Origin: Lama glama
Taxonomy: Eukaryota
Reading direction: 5' to 3'
DNA length: 64,000 nucleotides
Assembly (NCBI GenBank): GCA_028534125.1
Contig: CM052817.1
Coordinates: 62,312,001 to 62,376,000, forward strand
The notes beneath the pieces are model-generated. The model was not told the DNA's origin. It searched no databases and saw only the letters and a list, made by a program, of their open reading frames with translations. The position numbers and the translations under genes were made by a program. Below, piece after piece: positions 10,902 to 24,000 of the stretch (the stretch's first letter is position 1; each line of letters begins with the position of its first letter).

Positions 10902-12890
10902 TTATATTATTAGTTCAGAGATCCTGCAGCCAGATTGTGGGAAGGGAACATGGTCTGGTTGTGTGATTCCAGGAGACCTCATGTTTATTGAATTTTTGCC
11001 TGAAAGATCAAATATCTCTACTCTTTCTGTCTGGACTGGCCTTTCTTTCCAGATGTGTGGCAGATGACATCTGGCCTCCTTATTGATGTTGCTTTCACTC
11101 TCATGTCAGGTGGAAGCCCACTGTCCTTCCATTAATGCCCTGCTGCCCTTCCACTTGATGAAGCTTATAGAACATGTCTGTCCAGCACACTGCTGTGGAA
11201 TTCCAGTGGGAAGAATGAACCAGGAAGGGTAGATCCAATCTGTATTAGGACATTCTCTCAACTCCAGCTCCTATATTTTCAAATTATAGGGATAAAAATT
11301 GCCTTTTCTTGCTTCCTTCAGTCCTCAAGCAAAGGAGTTATGACATCTTTTGAACCCAATTGTTCTATAATATCATAGTTATTTTTCATTAATTTTTTTG
11401 AAATATGGGTGATATTTTCAGGTGCTGATTTCTATTTTTATATTATGTTGAAAATTTCCTTTCACATCTAGAATTGGTTAGAAGTGAGGTAAATTAGAAA
11501 TCTGGGTTCACCTGGCTATTTTATAGTTTTTTTTTAATTACTTTTTCTCTTGCTAACAAAAGTGATTATATAATCTGTTCTATTACAGGTTTAGTAACAT
11601 CTTGAAAATTTTTCCTGTCAAAAACAATTATCTCTAAGTTCCTCCTCCTCCAACTGTGTATTTGTTCTTTCTAAAGAACTGCAGTAGATTAGTGAGAACT
11701 AATGTTGCTTTGGTATCAGTAGACTGCATTTCTAAAAATAGCACTATGCCTGTAACTTCTTTGCCATGAGGGTAAAGTTAATTTAATTGTGTGTGATCTG
11801 TTGCTTTTTCTAAAAACTTTCTGAGAGTTGGGGCACATCTTGGCCAGTGTCTGGTTCTCTGAAAGTTGCTACTTGTATGATCAAGATCATGTACATTAAT
11901 CATGATATATGTATTTATGTTTATATAAATATAAATATATATTTGGGGGGAGGATTTTTTCAAAACTTTACAGATGTGGTTTTGGTCCTTCACTTACAGC
12001 TAATTCATCAACTAATGTGAAGTAACCAGTGCATCTACCTATTCTCCTTTGCTTCTTACTTGTCTGCAAAAAGATTATTTGAGATGGGAATGCTCTGTAA
12101 ATTTTTTCAATAAGTACCAAAACAAAGTTCATAAAGTCTTTGCTATTTTCTTGTCCTTAAGCATAAATTTGGTACCATAAAGAGAAAATGGTCCCAAGGA
12201 TTCTAGCTTTTAGTTTATTTAGAGAATATTTTTCTCACATACTTTATCCCACATGTTAAATAGCAGACAGGGGTACATAAATGTTCACATACATCTTGCT
12301 ATTCTTTACTATTCGCAGAAGTTTCTTTAGATAGTCAGAGCCACTGGGTATTTCATTCTTCCCTTATTCAATGCTTAACTTATTTTGGTAATCTCTTTTC
12401 TGAAATTGGGTAAACATGTCATGGATATCAATTACATCAAGATCTTCACTTGCTGCAAACTATTTCAAACATTGATTTTGCTTTTATGCCTCTAGTATAT
12501 GTCTAGAAGTATTTGTCTACATTTTCTGGCTTGGCATTTCTGCCACTTCCTATTCTTGTCAGTTGTCTGAGCCACTTAGTAGATTACTTTGCTGTCCCCA
12601 TTTTTCTTAAGTACATCATCAACTTACAATAGACAACCTTTGCAAGGCTAGTGTTCTGTATCCATCCTTTACCACATTATTATATAAAATTCACAAATTA
12701 TTTTTGCTAACATTTTATATTTTAGTGACTACAGGTTGGTTACATTTCTATACATTTTCTCTCTTTTCCTTCAGTGAGTACCTGTGTTTATTAAAGGGAC
12801 ATTTCTGTGGCTTAGGTCAAACTTCAAGTGGGTTCTCAAAACTTTCAGGTAATATCTACCATATTTCTCAGTCAATTCACTCTCACAGTC
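10902..12890 (-). pseudogene. Decayed intronless coding sequence (~660 codons) with C-terminal Ulp1/SENP (peptidase C48)-like motif; possible fossil transposon-derived gene
   Basis: Manual minus-strand translation gives long protein-like frames broken by few stops or frameshifts: DCESELTEKYGRYYLKVLRTHLKFDLSHRNVPL (from 12890); one frame 12459-11968 with 5 internal stops in 163 codons (FAASEDLDVIDIHDMFTQFQKRD...RILGTIFSLWYQIYA*GQENSKDFMNFVLVLIEKIYRAFPSQ...); 11903-11634 with 1 internal stop; KAIFIPII ending 11282; 11270-10902 with 1 internal stop in 122 codons, containing TDWIYPSWFILPTGIPQQCAGQTCSISFIKW, which has the same spacing as the SENP1-type IPQQMNGSDCGMFACKY. Confidence 0.65.
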
Positions 12891-12894
12891 CTAA

Positions 12895-13230
12895 AGTGGA
12901 CTCAGCTGATGATTTTGCTTTTTATTTCACTGAGAATATGCAATCAGTGAGAAGAAACCTTTATCCTCCTGAAACCAAATTTACCACATACATACTTATG
13001 TGTCTGTATAATCTATCTTTCTTCCTTCTACAAAGCATCCAATAGTCCTGCTCTTGTTGAGGACTCTATATTTACATATTTGATCTCATTCAGTTTCTTC
13101 TTCTCAAGGACTTTTGCTCCTGCAAATATATTACCTCTTTTCAGCATCATCAACATTTTCCTATTACAGGTTTATTCTCATTAGCCTGCACACACAGTAT
13201 AATATTTTCCATCTAAAACAAGCAACATAC
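12895..13230 (+). mobile_element. L2 LINE fragment abutting the 5' side of the fossil ORF
   Basis: ctcagctgatgattttgctttttatttcactgagaatatg...cttctcaaggacttttgctcctgcaa is a recognisable L2 ORF2 segment. Confidence 0.7.
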
Positions 13231-14084
13231 ACACAATTGATAGAGGGATGATCACTGTCATTTTTTCAATTGTTCAAATTTTACTTCAATTAGCCATATT
13301 AAAATTAAGCATATTACCAACACATATGCATTAAAAATGTAATGGCATCTCATGGCCCCAACTTCTTTCTATGTACTGTATATTTTAAACATAGATCCTA
13401 CTCTGTTATAAGGTAAATACCAGGTTGACCAAGAACACATTTATATTAATTATTAGATTATTATCAAAAGGAAAATATATTTAAAATTCAGACAATTTCT
13501 TAAATCCTAAATCTAGGACTAGAATTTGAGAAACATTTCAAAAGAGAGTGGAAATTAACTACAAAGTTTGAGTCAGCAATAATCTGGATTTATTTGCCCT
13601 GAGTGCCCTTGAGTATATCTTTCTTATAGATTTAGAGAAAGAGGACTGCTTATTGATTTGCATATTCAGGATCTAGCCAAATATTCTTCTATATTTTCAT
13701 TATCAATGTTCAGTGTTAAAATGACCCTCTTATACATCTTTAGGTCATGATTGTCACTAACAAGTATAATCACTCAAACAGAATCAGATTTTATGATCAC
13801 TCAACTAAGTATAGCAATTAGTATGGTATAATATATAAAGCAGAAAAAGCAAAGTACAACACTCAGGAGACTGAGTGCATCCATGCTTTGTGTCCTTTGC
13901 AAAATTGTTTTTGTCCTTTGCAAAACTGTGTTCCTCCTGTACAGGTTGACGGTATTGGATTAGATGATCCATATGCTCTCTTTTGCTCTGACACTCAAGG
14001 AAAAACTTTTTTTGGCCAATAATAATTAAAACTAATCTTTTTTTTAACTCCTCCTAGTTACATTTCAAAGCACCATTGTGAGTG

Positions 14085-14275
14085 TTTAATATGGGCTATG
14101 TAGTTTAATCTTGACAACAACTGAATTTGAATTTTGGTACAATTAATATCACAGATAAAGACACTGACAATTAAGAAGCTAAGTAAAATGCCCAAAGGCT
14201 CTTGGCTGTTAAGTGGTGGAACTGAGACTCAAACCGTGGCCATCTGACACAGAAGCTGAGATCTCTTAACCATCT
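14085..14275 (-). mobile_element. MIR SINE
   Basis: tttaatcttgacaacaac...acagataaagacactga...tgcccaaagg...taagtggtggaactgagactcaaacc. Confidence 0.65.
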
Positions 14276-15204
14276 CACAAGACTATCTTTCCCAAAGAAT
14301 GGGCAGAATTGTAGAGTGAACTATAATATAAGTAGAATAAAATGCTGTTTAATGAATATTTGTAGTAGGGTTAAAATTTGACATTTTATAAACCTGATAA
14401 TTTCCTTACTCTAACTCCTAAAAGGCAAGCATTGCTTCAGAGCAATTATTACATAGAATATAAAGAACAATGTGCCAGATTTTTGGCTTTTGAATATCTA
14501 AATTGACTTTTTAAAATCTAATGAGGTAATCAGGTTTTTGAGCCAGACATGTGTAATACATAAGAGCCAGAGTTTAAAAATTTTAAATGGTTAGGCTCCT
14601 AAGTGTATTGAAATGAAGTTTGTGTTTTTATCACTAGATTTAAAAGGGCAGTCATGGAGAACAAGTCTACACCTTACTCAGAAATTAGGAGGTAGAATAG
14701 CCTAGAGATGGAAGAAGAGTCAGAAAGGAAGCAAGGCAATTAGACCTGAGGGAAAGGGATCTATGACCTATTCTCCTGGGTCCGAAAATCTTGGTGAAGG
14801 GATAAAGTAATAGAAGTCCCAGATTACTCTGTTAGGGAATTGGAGAGTGGAGATGTGGTTCGAGTTTTTTGGCCAGAACTCTGGGCATGTCAGCCTCTTA
14901 GAAGATTCTCATGGAATGGGGATATCTATGAAATGGATATCTAGAGTGAGTATGCCTTCATAGAAGATCCAGAGGGTTGGAGGCAAACTCAACAAATTTC
15001 TGAACGTGTATCAACAAGGAAGAACACTGCATTTTTCCTTTGCTGTCACAGAGTGTATGGAAGTTAAGTAAGAGGGACTTTAATTCTGGAGTAGACTTGA
15101 GTTAAGGATAAGGAGAATGCTGAGTAAAATGGCGTCAAATAGAGGAACCAGGAAAGACAGGTGGTGATAATCAGATGTCAGAAGTAATCTAAGCCCCATG
15201 CCAG

Positions 15205-16135
15205 TTTATGCAACTTCCTACTTGACATTCCCATTTGGATGTCTCACAGATAGATAAAGGATAAATTCTTGACTTCTTCCTATATCTTCTCTTCCAGACT
15301 TCTCTATTCCAGGAAATGGTTCTTCCTTTCCTCTATGTGTTCATGCCACAATGTCCTTGTTCCAACTACCCCTCCATATTTAATCTTTTATTCTACTTTA
15401 TCAGGACTGCTAGCAGAACAGATTTCAAATATGCACACTTCTCTTCATTTCCCCTGCCTTCACTTCTAACCCAAATCACCAACTTCCCTCACCTGGATCC
15501 TTGCAATTGATTCGGATCCACTCTTCTCCATCTTCTACTCTTGCCTGTTTAAATCCATTCTTCTTATTACAACAAGAGTATTTCTGAAAACAAAGTAAGC
15601 TCATGCATGCTCTGTACAAATTCCTTCAATCTCTCATTACCCTTAGGAAAAAAATCTCAAATCAACATTACCAACAGATTCTGTGTTATATGCCCCTTGT
15701 GTATCTTTCCAGTGGCATCTCTTGACTCTCCTTACTTTACTCTTCAATCATATTGACTTCCTTCCAGTATCTGAAATGAATTAAGCTCTTCCTGGTTGAT
15801 GGTATTTTCACATGTTCCTCTCCTTCAACTCTCTTTCTGGTAACTTTGAACAACTTTTGGTTTCAATTAATATTATTTCTGGAGAATTCTGAATCTCAAT
15901 CCAAATCAAGACTTTGTTCTAACTTTCATCATATCACTTCCTTTTTTATACCATAGCTTGTACTTACATATTAATGTATTTGCTTCTTTGTTTAATGTTT
16001 GGCTCTCCTGGTAGACTACAAGCTCCATTACCATATCTATTTTGTTTGTTGATCAATCACTAGCTGCTAGCCCAATGACTGGCACACAGTAGATTTTTCT
16101 TAAAAACTTGATAACTAAGTGAGTAAGAGAATGAG
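15205..16135 (+). mobile_element. L2 LINE 3' portion
   Basis: cctacttgacattcccatttggatgtctcacag...tagactacaagctccat...tggcacacagtag, with a degenerate tgaatga-type tail. Confidence 0.75.
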
Positions 16136-16299
16136 AGTCAATGATGTGAAAGCCAGGTATCAAGTTTGAAGGAAAAAAATGTTTAAAAGAAACTGGTAAT
16201 AAAAAAAATGAAAGTTGGAATTTTGTGCAGTTGTACGTTATAGAAAAACAAAAGATAAAAATTTATCACTGGCTTATCATTAGGTAGGTAATCCTACAT

Positions 16300-16646
16300 A
16301 AGTACAGCAGCTCCACACTCATCAGATTCCTTGTTGCCTTAAATTTTACTGCCCTGCTTTCCCATGAATGGCATTATCTGAACCAAGATGGTGACACAAA
16401 TTCTACCAACAGTTCTATATTCCAGGCAGTAGAGAAATGGAGTGGGAGGCAAAGGTTATGCACCCTCTCTTTAAGAAGGTTTTCCAGAACTTCCACAAAA
16501 CACTTCTCTTTACATCTTGGACAAATATTAAATTGCAAGGGGTCTAGGAGTTTGGTTTCCCAGCAACAATTGGGGTTCTCCTACCAAGAAAGAAACAGAG
16601 AATGAGAGTGAATGTGGATTTTGATAATTAATGGTCTCTGCCATAC
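16300..16646 (-). mobile_element. MaLR LTR (MLT1J/K-like)
   Basis: ccaagatgg...ttccaggcag...cttctctttacatc...tctctgccata terminus. Confidence 0.55.
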
Positions 16647-17864
16647 AGTAGTTACAATGAAAACAGAGGGAGTAAAACAAATATCAGCCACCTTTTAGGA
16701 GTTGTGAGCACTCAGTGACTAGACGAGCTCTGCTATAGCTCATTTTATAAATGAAAAAAAAAAATGAAATCTGTATCTACACACTTCCTACTTCCCATCA
16801 CCCTGATAATATAAGGCTCATTCTGGTCAACAAATGGTTTCATTTACACTGACACTTTCAATAAATTTCATTTGAACCAAAACTTAATGAGGAATTCACA
16901 AAACATCCTCAAAATGCTTAAGCAGTTTGCACAGTGTAAATATTTAAGACAAATATATCCAAATATATAAACACCGACTGTCTCAACCTTCTCATAGATA
17001 AATCCAAACATACTAATGCGGGCAGTGAAAAGTCAGCTATCTTTGTTCAGATGTTGTTTAGCATATCCCAGATGCACTGGAAAACATTTTGGAGGTGTTC
17101 TCTCCTTTTTGTTAATTCTTTTTACCATAGTATAATGTTTCAAAATTTGGAGATATAATCCTGCTAATAGAATGTGTGTCTAATTAAAATCTCATCCATA
17201 TAAATGTGTTTTGCTTACAGAACAAATTTTTAAAGTAAGATGAAAGACTGAAATATCATCTATTATTTTTGTGTTTTATTATATCTTATTTCAATGAAAT
17301 GGCATTTTGTGCTTACAAAATATCTGTACAATGTGTAGAGGTTCATCTTCTGAGCATGTCTTTTGTTTTTCCTCTTGGCCAACTTTGGAACTTTCTGTTT
17401 AGTAATATTTTTCCATCTCAAATGGAGGCTTATGTCAAAATTCTATCACATTAAAGTACAGCAATGTATTGACATAATACTCATTCACAGGCATAACACT
17501 ATGAAAACATTAACAATAAACCAAATAATGATCAATTATGGAGTGCAGGTAGTGACCTCAGTACCTGATACTCATTATCTAATTTAAAAGGCTCAGTAAT
17601 AATTTTCACATTTCATTGATGAGGAAACTAAGCTAAAAGATATTAAGCATTATATTCAAGAGTATAAAGATCACAGAATCAAGCCAAGTCTGGGTGACTC
17701 AGGTCCTATGGTACTCCGCTCTAGATTGTGTGCATTTCTGTCTGCCCTTCACTTAATTTTGATCAACATTTGTCTGAACGGACATTAAATTCATTAAAAA
17801 ACCCAGAAGATATATAAGGACATTTGGCTAATTTTTTTTCTTGCTTTTATGGGAGGTATGGGTT

Positions 17865-18035
17865 CACACTTTATCAAAAATTTTATATTTGGAGGTCCAT
17901 TGACCCCAGTGGGTTCCAGAATATGTTTCAAAGTGCCTATGAACTTTCAGAAGCATACATTTATTTAGGGAGAGTGTTTAAGGCCTTCATCAGATTCTTA
18001 TAAGGATCTGTCATTTCTAAACACCTAAATCTCTA
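17865..18035. mobile_element. hAT-Charlie MITE (MER5/MER112-group-like)
   Basis: ggggagagtgtttaaggccttcatcagattcttataaggatctgtca resembles the Charlie-derived MER internal motif. Confidence 0.45.
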
Positions 18036-19489
18036 GAAAAATTAATAAATATTCATGAATGATGAACATGACAAACCAATAAGAAATGTGTTCATATATT
18101 CCTTTGAAAAATAGCACTGCTCTTTTTAAGAAACTTGAGTGGATGAGTGAGTGAAACTTGTCAAAATATATCCACTACTTTAGATTACTATGGGAGAAAG
18201 GTCAAGTCAATATACACTAGAAGCTTGTTGCTTCATTGGGAGATACTGGATTGTGTGGTAAGAACACAGGAATAGACGTATGAGGACTGAATTCTACTTG
18301 GACTCAGATCCTTTCCTCTCTGACTCTGGGGTAAGTTTCTTAATAATTCTTTCCTCAGTCAGAAAGAAATTTGGATGATGGGTATAAGCCCTGTCTAGCC
18401 AATATGGGAAAATTAGACAACATATATAACAAACAAACATGTTTATTAACAGTAAATTGAACTTCTGAACTCCTCTATTTCATTCCAGGTTTTACAATGA
18501 CGAAGTAGGCAGGTCATTTTACTGATCTGGTACTCCAAGTCCTCTTAGGAAAATAATAACACTCTCCCCTGTTCTCCCTCCCAGAAGTGGTATCTGAATA
18601 ATAATGACAACAAAGTGATATTTAAAGGTTATTCCTTCAGTGAAGCTGCCTACCTGAACCAGCATCAAGTTCATTAATTCAACAATGAATTAGCTGTTTA
18701 AACTAGATACTTTTGAACTAGATGTTTAAGCTAGAACTGGAATTAGAATAATCAACTAGATGCACTAATTGAGTAGTTTTAATTTAATAGTTAAATAAAT
18801 TAAATCATCTATTCAATAATTTTGCGTAATTCAATAATTCCTTCTTCCCTGACCATGATCCATTCTTTGCCACCTGAAGTTATTTAAGCTATCCACTCAT
18901 TCCTTTGCTTGTAGTTTCTCTGCCCCATTACGATGGAAAATCTATGAAGTCTAGGGCTTTGTTTTGGTGTCAGCAGTGTCTACAATAGTACCTGAAATGT
19001 GGTAGGCACTAATAAATATTGTTGTATGACCGCTGGATAATTTACATGAACAAAATGCTCTGATATGTTGGAGGCAAAAGATATTATCATTTACATGCAA
19101 AATTTTATTACACTACATGACACTTTCCTTATTTCTCTATTATTTCATTATTTTTCTCCTGTGATCCTTTCCTTTCCTCCCAACTGTTGGTGAGTGCTCC
19201 CTTAATTTCTTATTACTTCCACCACAAATCACCTCTTTCATCTCTGTTGGGCACCATCATGCCCCTGTGGCAAATACGATGCAGGAGCCAGAACTGCATG
19301 GTGACAATGGCTCAAGCTCTGTTGTCAGTCATGTGTGAGCTCCTGACTCAGATACTAACTAGCTGTATGTCCTGGGAAAACCAGATTAACCTTTTAAAAC
19401 CTAAGTCATTTCTAATCTGTAAAATTTATTTTTCAATTTTGAAAAGAGCAAGAGAAAGAAAATAGGAAAAAGGGGATCCCAAAACTTAC

Positions 19490-19545
19490 CTTGGTCAGAG
19501 AGTGGAGTTTAGAAAAATCTTAAAAAGGAGTGTTCATAGAATAAC
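19490..19545 (-). ncRNA. Candidate internal exon of the minus-strand transcript
   Basis: Consensus donor AAG|GTAAGT (GT at 19489-19488). Nearest acceptor is ctctttttgctaattgtcttcaag|G, giving 56 nt; an alternative acceptor gtttacag|G lies at 19902. Confidence 0.3.
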
Positions 19546-20694
19546 CTTGAAGACAATTAGCAAAAAGAGTGAGTTTTAAAGTCGTGACATGGATTTCAGT
19601 CAGGTTTAAGATTCAGCAGCAGCCTTTGTAAGTGAAAAAAGCTGTTACACCCATTAGGAACTACATTAATAAGCCCTTCAGTGGTTGTTCTTACTATTTG
19701 GACTTTGATAAATGTCCTAAATATGTGTGTTTTTCAGGGAACATTTGACTACACTCTGAAGCACATCGGGAGCTCCTATGTGGGCAGAGACACAGATTGT
19801 TGGGGCCATATGGGCCTGTGGACTTTAAGTATAGCAGCATAGTAAGAAACCTTCTCAGAGTAGTTCTTCCATCCAAAAACTCCTACTTGGTGCATATTCC
19901 TCCTGTAAACCACAGCACATAAGTCATTTCATGCTGAGAGCTCCAAACTTTCTGAATAGGAAGGTGAAGTATGAAGATATGTGGGCTAATTCTGGGAGAA
20001 AATCAAGTTATTACAGATGCTATTCTAGTAAACAATTTTGATGGGGACAGAAAGTCCTAAAGTCAGTTGTGTGCCAAGGTGGAGTCAATTTCTCACTTTT
20101 GAATACTAATTAAACATATTTTATTGAAGTCTCTTGGGATGATGGGTCCTAAAAAGGTGGAGGCGTGTAGAGTGGTAATATTATAAAGGGTTAGGAAAAT
20201 TTTACCAGTATTGGTTCAGTCTATGAAAGTGATTTTCCCACACGAGTTGTGATGTAACGTCCATTTTCCCATGACTCCACAGATTTTAGCAAGACTGACA
20301 ACATAAGAGAATGGCCTTTCTTTTTTAATTTTTGACCTGTTTTCCTATCATGATGTTTACACTTGGGCCTTGATTCGGTTGGTCTTAATGGAAAAACAAT
20401 TTAAGAAGCTATGAATTTAAGCTGTTTGCTTATTAAGGCAAAAGGGATGCTAAATTTATATGCATACATATTTATACCTGTATAGGTAATTTGTCTCAAA
20501 TGTCTCAAAATGATAGTGAAATTGTAATTTGTTTGGATTGCCAAAATTTAAAGCGTATGCCGTTTTTGCCATAGAGTGGTGGAAAAAGACTGCAAGGTCT
20601 GTTGAAACATGGTGGTGTATCAGTTAATATGGATGCATTGTCCATTTCTTCTAAGCTCTCACCATTTATATACATTAATAGTGTACACAAATAC

Positions 20695-21071
20695 CTGTGA
20701 TTCTTGTCTCTCTGTCTGTTTTTTGTGGGACAAGCTCAAATTGCCTAGTTGTCAACAATTCTAGGAGTAGACATTAACCAATGATGGACAAGGGTTAGTG
20801 GATAAATACCCCAGCACTCTTTCCCCTTGGGTGGGATAACTATGAAGTTTACTTTATCAGGTCTCCCAGAAATCCCCAACAGGACAGAGCCCTAGCTCTG
20901 CAGCACACCGTGATAATCTACTCATTGACACACTCTGTGCAAACTTCTTTTCTTTCCTGTCTCACTCCCTTATCCCAGTACTTATGCTTCCTGGGATCAC
21001 TTCCCAAATAAATGATTTCATTCAAATCATTATCTTCAGCTCTCCCCCTAGAGGGATCCTAACCCAAGACA
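20695..21071 (+). mobile_element. ERVL LTR (LTR16-like)
   Basis: ggataaataccccagc, tttcctgtctcactccc, tgcttcctgggatcacttcccaaataaa and terminal aacccaagaca. Confidence 0.75.
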
Positions 21072-24000
21072 GGGAGTCATAAAAACATGCAGAAGTATTG
21101 TGGTTAGGATTTCAGAAAGAATAACTTATGGATAAGGGTAGATCATTTCATTTGTCCATTTATTCATTCATCATTTACTTGGTGAGAGCCTGCAATGTTT
21201 CCATAACTAAGGGAGACCTGTAATGACTAATAACAGTTGGCTTCCATTAATGGGGCGCTCCCATTTAATGAAATATCAGGCCTTTAGAGGCTGAGACTAT
21301 TACCTTTTTTTCCCCCTGTGCTAGGAACCAAATCCTAAATTGACAGATGTAATAAGGAGTATTTGCTAATTCTCCATTTACAAATAATGGAGGTTTTAAA
21401 TATAAGCACAGGGCAGAGCTAAAACAGGACTCTGTCCTCACGGACTACCATTTTTGTTTCATAAGCAAAGGGAAATCATTGCCATATGGACTCTCTACAC
21501 CCAGCTCATAAGGGTGTCATTAGTGAATTCTTTTTTTTGTGGATTTCCTGGATTTAAGATGCTCCATGAGTACAAGGCATTATGTTCTCAACTCTTACTA
21601 TATTTTTTCCTTAAATAATCACACAGTTTTTGTTTAAACTGGCATGTAGGAGGGTTTTAGAAAACACATTTTATTCCTACTCTCTTGTTCTGTTCCCTCA
21701 GTACCATCTGGTATAAGGGAGAGCCTCCTTAATTGACACTAATGCCTGGGAGATCCATTGCAAATTACTGAATTTTGCAGATTAGCAAACATGATTAGAG
21801 AAATCAAGGAGTCTGCATTGAACTAATGTACTTTGTTGAGAACTAAGAAAAAAATTTAAACACATTATTAGAGCTTAATCGTCTAATATAAATAGATACT
21901 TTATAGGGGTTGACTGTGCCATTAGGGAACAATGGAACATAATGTTCTCTGGAAAAAATTAGATGCAATTTAAAAAGAAAATGTCCTCATGCTTCATGCT
22001 TTTTCTGAAGACTACCACTATTCACACTACACATGAACTAAGTCTAAGGTAGAGTCACACCATAAGAATCTTAGAGGTCATCTTGTACCATTTGTTCTGA
22101 TGCAGGGAATGCACAGAGATTATTTGTGTATGTGTGTCTCTTTATGTTGTATCTTACTGCTTTATAATAACACTGCTTACGTTAATGGAAATTTTGCGGT
22201 TTGTAAACATTTTAAATGTCAGCTGTTGAGGCTCTTAACATTTATTATTCTCAATTCCCATTTCTGTGTTATCCTTGCTCTTTATTGGGCAACAAACTCT
22301 CTCGCTTCCTCCCACACACCAGTGTAAATAGTTTAACACACACAACCCATATTGCACACAACTTTCTTGGGCCCAGCTGTGTGTGCCTTCTGCATCCTTC
22401 AGGAATTCAATCAAGAGGGTGAGGGGAGAAGGGAGGGAGGAGGAGAGAGAATAAACATAGAGGAGACAGTTACAGCATAGATAATTTAGAGATTATTTTC
22501 TACCTTTAAGTATTGTACTATACAACACTATGTATTGTTGTAATAGTATTGCCAGTGTCTTTTCAAACAAAAAACTCTGGGATCAAGATGAAGTTAGGTG
22601 TAGAATTTTGAGCTCCAAAGGTTGTTGCTCTGACCAAGCTGCTTTTCTCATCACAAGGAAATAGGGATGATAAAGGTCACAGTGCCATTTACTTCACTTG
22701 ATATAGTCAAAAGCCAGTAGAAGGACTATGCTCAGGAGAGGTGGTCAAGAAGTCACCCCATGTAACCTCTCCAACTGGGAACTGCACTACAAAACACGCT
22801 GCCTTGCAAGTGATATGAATTTAATACTTCTGAAACTAGAAGCAGGAGGATCAAAGGATGTATACCTGACCGACTGTGTGACTGAATTAGAAATAATGTC
22901 ATTTAACCAAATAGGAACTTACTTAAGCCATTATCTATTTTTCTTTGTCTAAGTTTCCTCTAATATGAGCTCTTAATCCACATTTGATTCTTTAAAATAA
23001 GTTATCTTTAAAAATTAAAATTAAAAAAGCATAAAAGCAATTTAAAAACTTTATTCTGGTATGTTTACGATCTAATTAACAGTGTATTAAACACTGCAAG
23101 AAGGAAATTAAGATAGAATGCAAATACATGGCACGATTTTACCTTTTTTTTTTCCTTACTGAATCTTTTGTAATCAATTTCTGCTGAACTTTCTCATTTC
23201 TCACTGAGCAAGTTGGAAAAGATTAGAAGAGATTATCTTAGTCTTAGATATTATGTAGATTTAGCTTTTTCCCCCTTCATTGTAATTCTTTAGAGTACTT
23301 TCTCTAATGTATTCTCTTTTCTGTTTTAAACACTGTTTTTCACAATTTTAAACACTTTCAACATTTTTGTTTGGAAGCTGCCTGTAGTGAGAATGTCATG
23401 AAACTTGACTTCTAAAGGGTTTTAGATTATGAAATATAAGTGACTTAGTCACTGAATGGATTATGCTTAGAATAACTAAAACCTCACAGATCTTTCTGAC
23501 AAATGTGTATGCTTAGATTTATTAAAATAATCCACATAAAATTTTGATAAAAGTGTATCATTAATTCATGCCCCTTAAAACGAACAAAGCAAAAGGTAAT
23601 ATTTTTTGAGCACTTTGTACAAAATTCCACAAAAGTAGGAAAAAAATCAATCTGCATATGAATGGGTAGAATAACGAAATTTTGCCTGTGGTTTTCTAGC
23701 ACAAAATGTATCCGCTTCATGGAGTTTGGCTTTTTGTTTTTTTGAGTTTACATTGGTTCACTCCACTGAAAGAATTGGGAGAAACACAATACAAAAAAGG
23801 GGTTAATTGCCTAAGCCTGCTTGAGAAATGCTTGACATCTTGTGGTAGCACTGAATTGAATAGGGAACCAACTAAGAATTGGTTTAAAAACTATAGTGGG
23901 TAAGGATATATAGTGTATTTTCAGGAAAGAAAAAGGAATTACTGATGCAACAATCAATAAAAGGAAAAACAAAAGATAGTGAATGGAAAGAAGCTCTAAT

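Noticed and set aside
10902..12890. Alternative readings of the fossil: L1/HAL1 ORF1, bornavirus-like EVE, or SENP retrocopy
   Set aside because: No L1 ORF1/ORF2 or bornavirus N motifs recognised; the region upstream of the protease motif does not resemble SENPs, and no clear poly(A)/TSD was seen. Not formally excluded without a search.
20640..20680. YINGESLEEMD resembling the RTE/CR1 'i.g..le.v..f.YLG' motif
   Set aside because: The diagnostic YLG does not follow and no other RT motifs lie nearby.
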